A DNA stretch of 64,000 bases from Terracidiphilus sp. (GTDB lineage Bacteria; Acidobacteriota; Terriglobia; Terriglobales; Acidobacteriaceae), in assembly GCA_049516495.1 (NCBI GenBank), contig JBEKTB010000001.1:13508-77507 (forward strand), in the 5' to 3' direction. Of the stretch, positions 58,752 to 64,000 are shown piece by piece (the stretch's first letter is position 1; each line of letters starts with the position of its first letter). A program made the position numbers and the translations under genes. The notes under the pieces were generated by a model that saw nothing but the letters and a program-made list of their open reading frames with translations, searched no databases and had not been told where the DNA came from.

Positions 58752-59987
58752 ATGAACACTAAGGCTCAGTACGCAAACAGGAGCGCCGCCGGTTCCATGG
58801 TCAACGAATTGCCCCGCCATCCGCCGAGTTCCGCTGTCAGTTCGGCTTCGGCTTCGGCCCGTTTGAGCCTGGAGCTGGCGCGATCCCTGGCGCTTGAGGC
58901 AGGGTTCACTGAGGCCGGTCTGGTGGCGCTTCCTCACCCCGCCGAGGAGCGCGATGCGGCGCGCTTCGAGGAGTGGGTGCGGGCAGGCCATTCGGCCAGC
59001 ATGAGTTACCTGCAGAGGACGGAACCGGAGCGGCATAGCGAGACTGCCCGTCTGCTGCGCTCGAGGGTCGCGATTCCGTTTCCATGGGCGCGTTCGGCCA
59101 TGGTGTGCTTCGCCAACTATCACAGCCCCCAGCCGCGTTCCACTGATGCGGCCGCCGAGGGCGCGGGATGGATCGCGCGCTACGCATGGAGCCGCCGCAA
59201 AGACGTGAACGAGACGCGCCGGCCCAGCGATTATCACAAGGTGCTCAAGAAGCGGCTCCAGGCGCTCGAAGCCAGGCTGCACGAGCAGTGCGGCGACTTT
59301 GAGGCGCGCGCTTACGTGGACACCGGGCCGGTGGTCGAGCGGGCGCTGGCCACCGCGGCCGGTCTTGGCTGGACAGGGAAAAACACTTGCCTGATCCATC
59401 CGAAACTCGGGTCGTATGGGTTTCTGGCGGTGCTGCTGACTTCGCTTGAAGTCCAGGAGGGAAACGCACTTACCGTTCCAGACCGCTGTGGGAGCTGTCG
59501 CCGCTGCCTTGACGCTTGTCCCACCGGGGCGCTGTTCGCTCCCTACCAGATGGATGCGGCGTTGTGTATCTCCTACCTGACCATCGAACATCGCGGCGCG
59601 ATTTTACCGGAGCTGATGGCAGCTACCGGGCGGCAAATTTTTGGCTGCGACATCTGCCAGGACGTGTGCCCCTGGAATCGCAAGGCTCCCATCGGCGCCG
59701 ACCCGGAACTCGAAGCGCGTCCGGAGTTGGTGAATCCGGCGCTCGCGTCTCTCGCCCAAATGGATGAGGCTGAATTTGAGCGCCTGTTCAACGGCTCCCC
59801 GGTGCGCAGGGCGGGTTTCGACGGCCTCCGGCGCAATGTGGCCGTGGCCATGGGAAACAGCGGAATGAGTGTTTTTTCGCCGTGGCTCGAAAAGTGGGCC
59901 GGAGAAGTGGACGGGGGGTTGCGCACCGCAGCGCGGTGGGCGCTCGCAAAGCTCAAAAATCGCGGCGACCCACCCCAGCCTCAATAA
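58752..59987 (+). CDS. queG: tRNA epoxyqueuosine(34) reductase
   Basis: The blocks GWIARYAWS.DYH, GLGWTGKNTCLIHPKLGSYGFL, the two 4Fe-4S motifs (CGSCRRCLDACPTGA and CDICQDVCPWN) and the C-terminal HEAT-like tail fit QueG. The start is uncertain (58752 or 58797). Confidence 0.85.
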   Translation: MNTKAQYANRSAAGSMVNELPRHPPSSAVSSASASARLSLELARSLALEAGFTEAGLVALPHPAEERDAARFEEWVRAGHSASMSYLQRTEPERHSETARLLRSRVAIPFPWARSAMVCFANYHSPQPRSTDAAAEGAGWIARYAWSRRKDVNETRRPSDYHKVLKKRLQALEARLHEQCGDFEARAYVDTGPVVERALATAAGLGWTGKNTCLIHPKLGSYGFLAVLLTSLEVQEGNALTVPDRCGSCRRCLDACPTGALFAPYQMDAALCISYLTIEHRGAILPELMAATGRQIFGCDICQDVCPWNRKAPIGADPELEARPELVNPALASLAQMDEAEFERLFNGSPVRRAGFDGLRRNVAVAMGNSGMSVFSPWLEKWAGEVDGGLRTAARWALAKLKNRGDPPQPQ

Positions 59988-59999
59988 GTGCATGAATCC

Positions 60000-60023
60000 G
60001 CGGCCCTCCTGCAGGAGGGCCGC
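60000..60023. terminator. perfect palindromic hairpin between convergent queG and csp
   Basis: GCGGCCCTCC-TGCA-GGAGGGCCGC, 12 nt after the queG stop and 12 nt after the csp stop. U-tracts are weak. Confidence 0.5.
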
Positions 60024-60035
60024 TTGAGCAAGTGT

Positions 60036-60242
60036 TCAGGCAACTCGCTGGACGTTCAAGGCGTTGAGTCCCTTGGGGCCTTGCTGGCACTCGAACTCGA
60101 CGGCTTCGCCTTCATTCAGCGTCTTGTAACCGTCCTCCTGAATGGCGGAGAAATGAACAAAGACATCCTCTCCGCTGGTGCGTTGAATGAACCCAAAACC
60201 CTTGGCTCCATTGAACCACTTCACAACACCTTGTTCTTTCAT
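60036..60242 (-). CDS. cold-shock protein (CspA family, 68 aa)
   Basis: [35 protein letters not shown] carries the RNP1 (KGFGFI) and RNP2 (VFVHF) motifs. ATG at 60242 follows AGGAGG at 7-nt spacing. Confidence 0.95.
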   Translation of the reverse strand: MKEQGVVKWFNGAKGFGFIQRTSGEDVFVHFSAIQEDGYKTLNEGEAVEFECQQGPKGLNALNVQRVA

Positions 60243-60853
60243 GCGAGACCTCCTTTTAGTCTGACAGTTACTAGCTTGCAAATAGCTCGCAACGTCCGGC
60301 GATCTACCGCAACCTATCGGGTCACAGGCTGAGCAAAGCTCCAGTCCAAATCACAAAAACCCCGCGGGGCCACAAAACGCCGCGAGCCGCCGGTGCGCCC
60401 GCGATGGGCGCTCTGCGGCAGCTCGCTGTCTTGCCTAACTCGAAATTGTGTCCGGACAACTGAGACTTCCAATGCGAACAGCCTTCCAGTGAATGTTACG
60501 GCCCGCCTCCGGCGCTCCGTGCTCCAGTTATGGCAGGATTCTGTTTCGGATGCAAGAAGAAAATGAATGACGAGTGAATTTCCGCAAGTCATACAACATG
60601 CAGGACACAGAATCGATGTGCTCTCGCGTGCCGCAAAAATTGTGTGTGAACAGCGACCCGGAGGATGAGGAAGAAATCCCGCGGCGAACGGCGTGCAACG
60701 CGAATAGCGGCCCAGGGCGGGCATTTCCGCGGGTGCTAGATCACAGCGCCGCATCTCGAAAAGGACTATTCTTGAATAAACACCCCACTCGGAGTCGCGC
60801 CGTGCGCGCTTGAGAAACGGGGCGATGCCCCGGCATCACAGAAGGAGCATAAC

Positions 60854-61774
60854 GTGGCAAGTGTCTCAAATCCCGGTACCTTAGGCGGAACAATCGTCGA
60901 AAGTGCGGGCGTCATCGATGTAGTCGAACCGGCAACGAAATCCAAGTGGTACCGCTGGCGCAAGGACGGAACTGCGCTGATCCAGTACCTGCTGGATAGC
61001 GAAGTGCACACCTTTGCGTTCAGCGTGGCGGCTAACGCGATTTTGTCGTTTTTGCCGTTCGTTGTGCTGCTCTATACCTTATCGTGGAAGGTCTTTCGTT
61101 CTGCATCCATGGCGGCTTCGGTGACCGAGGTGGCGAAGTACTTTATCCCCTCACCGAACGACGATCCAGATTTTGTGGTGCGCCTGCTGCAGAAGGCCGC
61201 GGTGCACCAGAGCGTGCAGGCATTCTCACTGATCATGATTCTGGTGGCCTGCACGGGAATCTTTCTGCCCCTGGAAGTGGCTTTGAACCAGGCGTGGGGA
61301 GTGGTGAAGAGCCGCAACTATCTCTCCAACCAGGTGGTGGCTTTCGGGCTGGCAATTCTGATGGTGATTCTAGGAGTCACGGCTATCGTGATCAACGCCG
61401 TGGCTACGACCGTGTTGACGGATATCTTCTTCAGCCATGTGGACAACATCATCTTCAAGGCGCTGGACTGGATGGTGCTGGCCATTTCGACGGGCGTAGC
61501 CTGCATCGTCTTTCTCTTCGCCATCTATTGGCTGCTGCCGAACCGGAAGGTCCCCTGGCGGCCGGTCATGAAGACGGCTACCGTTACCGGAGTGATCTGG
61601 CTGGTGGCGAAGTTCTTTTTCGTAGCCTTGCTGCCGCACCTTCATCTTGGCGATCTGTACGGCGGGTTCCAGGTTTCCGTAGGCCTGATTTTCTGGGCTT
61701 ATACCTCGGGCTTGATTCTGTTTGCCGGTGCGCAGTTCAGCGTGGCGAAAATGGGAGACCGGGTGAAGGCATAG
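60854..61774 (+). CDS. YihY/BrkB family membrane protein
   Basis: GTG at 60854 preceded by GAAGGAG. There are six hydrophobic segments and the characteristic pattern ...FLPLEVALNQAWGV... and C-terminal Y..GLILFAGAQFS. Confidence 0.8.
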   Translation: MASVSNPGTLGGTIVESAGVIDVVEPATKSKWYRWRKDGTALIQYLLDSEVHTFAFSVAANAILSFLPFVVLLYTLSWKVFRSASMAASVTEVAKYFIPSPNDDPDFVVRLLQKAAVHQSVQAFSLIMILVACTGIFLPLEVALNQAWGVVKSRNYLSNQVVAFGLAILMVILGVTAIVINAVATTVLTDIFFSHVDNIIFKALDWMVLAISTGVACIVFLFAIYWLLPNRKVPWRPVMKTATVTGVIWLVAKFFFVALLPHLHLGDLYGGFQVSVGLIFWAYTSGLILFAGAQFSVAKMGDRVKA

Positions 61775-61837
61775 CTATCCCGCCGCGCGGATGCAGGTGC
61801 GAGTGTGCGTAGATGCGAGCGTGTAAGTGAGTGAACC

Positions 61838-61880
61838 GGGTGCCCCACCTTCGGCGCAGTTTCATCGCGCCTAAGGTGGG
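61838..61880 (+). repeat. GGGTGCCCC-flanked hairpin repeat, copy with a different stem
   Basis: GGGTGC then CCCACCTTCGGCGC-agtttcat-CGCGCCTAAGGTGGG (13 of 14 positions pair). The minus-strand translation gives the ...DETAPKVGHP... pseudo-peptide seen in the spurious ORF 61699..61959. Confidence 0.6.
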
Positions 61881-62003
61881 ATATAACTAAGGCTATAACT
61901 ACAGGTTGTTTTTTGTAAGACTTGTCTCTACCTGGAGTTATCTCCCGGAAGCCAACCACTGCCAGCGATTCTGTCTCTGATCGTTTGTTCTTGTAGCAAT
62001 TAC

Positions 62004-62047
62004 GGGTGCGGGTGCGGGTGCCCCCGGTCTCGCACTTGAGACCGGGG
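62004..62047 (+). repeat. (GGGTGC)x3 hexamer repeat fused to a GGGTGCCCC-flanked hairpin repeat
   Basis: GGGTGC GGGTGC GGGTGC (62004-62021), then CCCCGGTCTC (62022-62031), loop GCACTT, GAGACCGGGG (62038-62047). Confidence 0.7.
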
Positions 62048-62152
62048 ATGCCACAGGCTCAACGGGCGAAATCGCGCGTTCAGAGTCCTGTAAGTCCTTG
62101 TAACTCGAATTATTCAACCTTCAATTTGGGCGCCCGTTAGCAGAACCTATTC

Positions 62153-63358
62153 TCAGGGCAGCTTGAACGACTTCATGGCGATCGCGTTGGGATTGCGGCC
62201 GGTGGAGAGCAGCGTGAACAGCGAACGGGTTTCGGTGCGGACCACGGCCACGTCTGCTGAGCGGGAATCGACCACAAACAGCAGGTGGCCGGAGGTGGAG
62301 AGCGCCAGCGCCGAAGGGCCGTCGCCCACATGCATCGATCCGATCCGCTTGCCGTCGTCGATCGAGTAAACGGTCACGTACTGGGAGTTGAAGTTGGCCA
62401 CGTAGAGCAGGGAATTGTCGCCGGAAACCAGGCCGCCCATCGGCTTGTCGCCAATCATGTAGGTGTCGCCCACCTCGTCGGTGTTGTTGTAGACCTCGGA
62501 GACGGAATCAGAGAGCGAATTGAGGACAAAGGTTTCGCCGCCGTCGGGCTTGAGGGTGAGCCGCTGAGGAGACTGGCCGACGTCCAGCAGAGCCTCCAGG
62601 CGGTCCGGCAGGGCTGGGCTGGGGGTAGCCTGGCCGGGCGAGCCAGGACGGACTTCCGCGTGCGCCAGCGCAATGGCCATGACCTGGTGGCCGGCCGAGC
62701 AGGAGACAAAGGCCTTGGATGAATCGGGAAGAATGACAGCGTCATTGGCGCCGGGGCAGCCCTCGAAGACGGCGCGAACCGCTGCAGCGGGCGGGCGGGC
62801 GGCCGGATCGACCAGACTTACCGAATTGCCATGGCGGTTGGCGACCACCAGGGTCTTGCCGTCGGGCGACAGGCGGGCCGCGGCCGGTTCCTCGCCTATG
62901 CCGATCTGGGCGATCTCGCGGCGGGCCTTGATATCGAGCACGGAGATGGTGTTGGAGCCGGAGTTGGCCACATACGCCAGCTCGCCCTTGGGGTCGATGT
63001 CGATGGAAGCCGGTTGGCGATGGACCTGGATGGTGGCCGCAACTGTATTATTTTCGGCGTTGATCACCGAAATTGAGCCTTGCCCGCCTGCGCCGCCGGA
63101 GTTGACCACGTACACTTCGGCGCGGGTGGGGCTGACGGCCACGGCGACCGGGTTCTGACCCACCGCCAACTCGCGGTCCACGCGGACGTTGACAACGTCC
63201 AGGATGGTTACCGTGTTGCTGCCGCCGTTGGTGATGTAGGCGTACTCGCGGTAGTTGGGCGGGTACTGCGGGAAGTCGTGGGTGCGGCAGCCGGTGAGGG
63301 CGAGGGTGATTACGGCAAATGCAGAAAGGCGGGTTTTATTGGCGTCCCACAAGCTCAT
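62153..63358 (-). CDS. YVTN-family beta-propeller repeat lipoprotein (YncE-like)
   Basis: Lipobox LALTGC. The motif repeats several times: AYITNGGSNTVTILD, VYVVNSGG..GSISVINA, AYVANSGSNTISVLD, LVVANRHGNSVSLVD, LYVANFNSQYVTVYS. Confidence 0.8.
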   Translation of the reverse strand: MSLWDANKTRLSAFAVITLALTGCRTHDFPQYPPNYREYAYITNGGSNTVTILDVVNVRVDRELAVGQNPVAVAVSPTRAEVYVVNSGGAGGQGSISVINAENNTVAATIQVHRQPASIDIDPKGELAYVANSGSNTISVLDIKARREIAQIGIGEEPAAARLSPDGKTLVVANRHGNSVSLVDPAARPPAAAVRAVFEGCPGANDAVILPDSSKAFVSCSAGHQVMAIALAHAEVRPGSPGQATPSPALPDRLEALLDVGQSPQRLTLKPDGGETFVLNSLSDSVSEVYNNTDEVGDTYMIGDKPMGGLVSGDNSLLYVANFNSQYVTVYSIDDGKRIGSMHVGDGPSALALSTSGHLLFVVDSRSADVAVVRTETRSLFTLLSTGRNPNAIAMKSFKLP

Positions 63359-63385
63359 TGGATTCGTCCGGCGTTCAAAAAAAGC

Positions 63386-63411
63386 GGGTGCCCTTCGATT
63401 GCGCTCAGGGC
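63386..63411 (+). repeat. GGGTGCCC-flanked short hairpin (degenerate family member)
   Basis: GGGTGCCC (63386-63393), with GCCCT (63390-63394) pairing to AGGGC (63407-63411) across a 12-nt loop. Confidence 0.45.
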
Positions 63412-63470
63412 GGGCTTTCGATTCTCTGCACTCCGCTCAGGATGATGGGTCTTGGGGGAGTTTGAGTGTT

Positions 63471-63509
63471 CCCAGGTCTCGGAACAAATCGAAACCTGGG
63501 ACACCCTGG
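63471..63509 (-). repeat. GGGTGCCCC-flanked hairpin repeat, copy 2 (slightly degenerate)
   Basis: CCCAGGTCTCG (63471-63481), loop GAACAAAT, CGAAACCTGGG (63490-63500), then ACACCCTGG. There is one stem mismatch and one flank substitution relative to copy 1. Confidence 0.65.
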
Positions 63510-63532
63510 ATGTATGCCTTGACAGCCCGGGC

Positions 63533-64000
63533 TTATGCCTTGGCGGCCTGGACGTGGATGCCGCGGGGCAGTTTGCGGCCCACCACTGGTGCAATCTGCT
63601 CCAACTCGTTCATCATGGTCGCGAACTGGGCTGGATAAATGGATTGTGGACCGTCGGACAGCGCCTTTTCCGGATGATCGTGGACTTCGACGATGATGCC
63701 GTCGGCTCCCGAGGCCACCGCGGCCCGCGCCATGGGCAGCACGCTGTCGCGCCTGCCGGTGCCGTGGCTTGGATCGACCAGGATGGGCAAGTGGCTGACG
63801 CGGCGGATGGCGGGAATGATGCTGAGGTCGAGGGTGTTGCGGGCGTGGTCGGCAAAGGTGCGCACGCCGCGCTCGCAGAGGATCACCTCGTAGTTGCCCT
63901 CGCTCATCACATATTCGGCGGCCATCAGGAACTCTTCCAGCGTCGCCGAGAGGCCGCGCTTCAGCAGCACCGGCTTCCTGAGCCGGCCGGCGCGCTTCAG
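63533..64000 (-). CDS. 3-deoxy-7-phosphoheptulonate (DAHP) synthase, type I-beta, C-terminal part (gene continues past right edge)
   Basis: [20 protein letters not shown]...LCERGVRTF...[64 protein letters not shown] is the AroA(G)/Thermotoga-type DAHPS pattern. The frame is open to position 64000. Confidence 0.85.
   Translation of the reverse strand: MKRAGRLRKPVLLKRGLSATLEEFLMAAEYVMSEGNYEVILCERGVRTFADHARNTLDLSIIPAIRRVSHLPILVDPSHGTGRRDSVLPMARAAVASGADGIIVEVHDHPEKALSDGPQSIYPAQFATMMNELEQIAPVVGRKLPRGIHVQAAKA

Overview
GC-rich chromosomal segment with about 45 protein-coding genes and 2 tRNAs. I found no rRNA, CRISPR array, integrase or transposase. The gene content suggests an Acidobacteriota (Terriglobia-like) genome; this is inference only. 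Supporting content: an ADOP-type duplicated FtsX permease, two >1200-aa CarboxypepD_reg/TonB-dependent receptors without SusD partners, a VWFA-related Acidobacterial-type protein, an ECF sigma/anti-sigma/DUF3106 operon, and GGGTGCCC-flanked hairpin repeats. Functional blocks: (i) 0.1-13.9 kb mixed metabolism (APC permease, formamidase-family amidase, TonB-dependent receptor, yeast-type cytosine deaminase, MerR + aldo/keto reductase, XdhC, DJ-1/PfpI, family-5-like uracil-DNA glycosylase, cupin). (ii) 14-19 kb GH3 beta-glucosidase, an ECF sigma operon and tRNA-Val. (iii) 19.3-23.7 kb ADOP permease and DUF885. (iv) 23.7-31 kb a complete-looking trans-4-hydroxy-L-proline catabolic gene set on both strands around a GntR regulator. 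(v) 31.3-45.5 kb a glycan-utilisation locus (Tat-exported GH116, GH95-like, tandem SGNH esterase, GH31, TonB-dependent receptor) interrupted by tRNA-Gly. (vi) 46-64 kb housekeeping and miscellaneous genes (nucleoside hydrolase, SYLF, Crp/Fnr, VWA, transglutaminase, ppdK, STAS, queG, csp, YihY, YVTN beta-propeller, partial DAHP synthase). The most interesting signal is non-coding. Two about 150-160-nt homologous elements (12232-12390 and 51711-51861) each sit behind an identically spaced sigma70-like promoter in a short AT-rich patch. They show non-triplet indels and no conserved ORF, so they are a candidate new sRNA or shared 5' leader family. Other structure not explained by genes: a family of at least five GGGTGCCC(C)-flanked hairpin repeats with a compensatory stem change, a 14-bp telomere-like tandem repeat that supplies the stop codon of the deaminase gene, a 19-bp perfect palindrome upstream of the second TonB-dependent receptor, and a long-range inverted repeat directly after that receptor's stop codon. 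All product calls come from reading the translations by eye; no database search was run.
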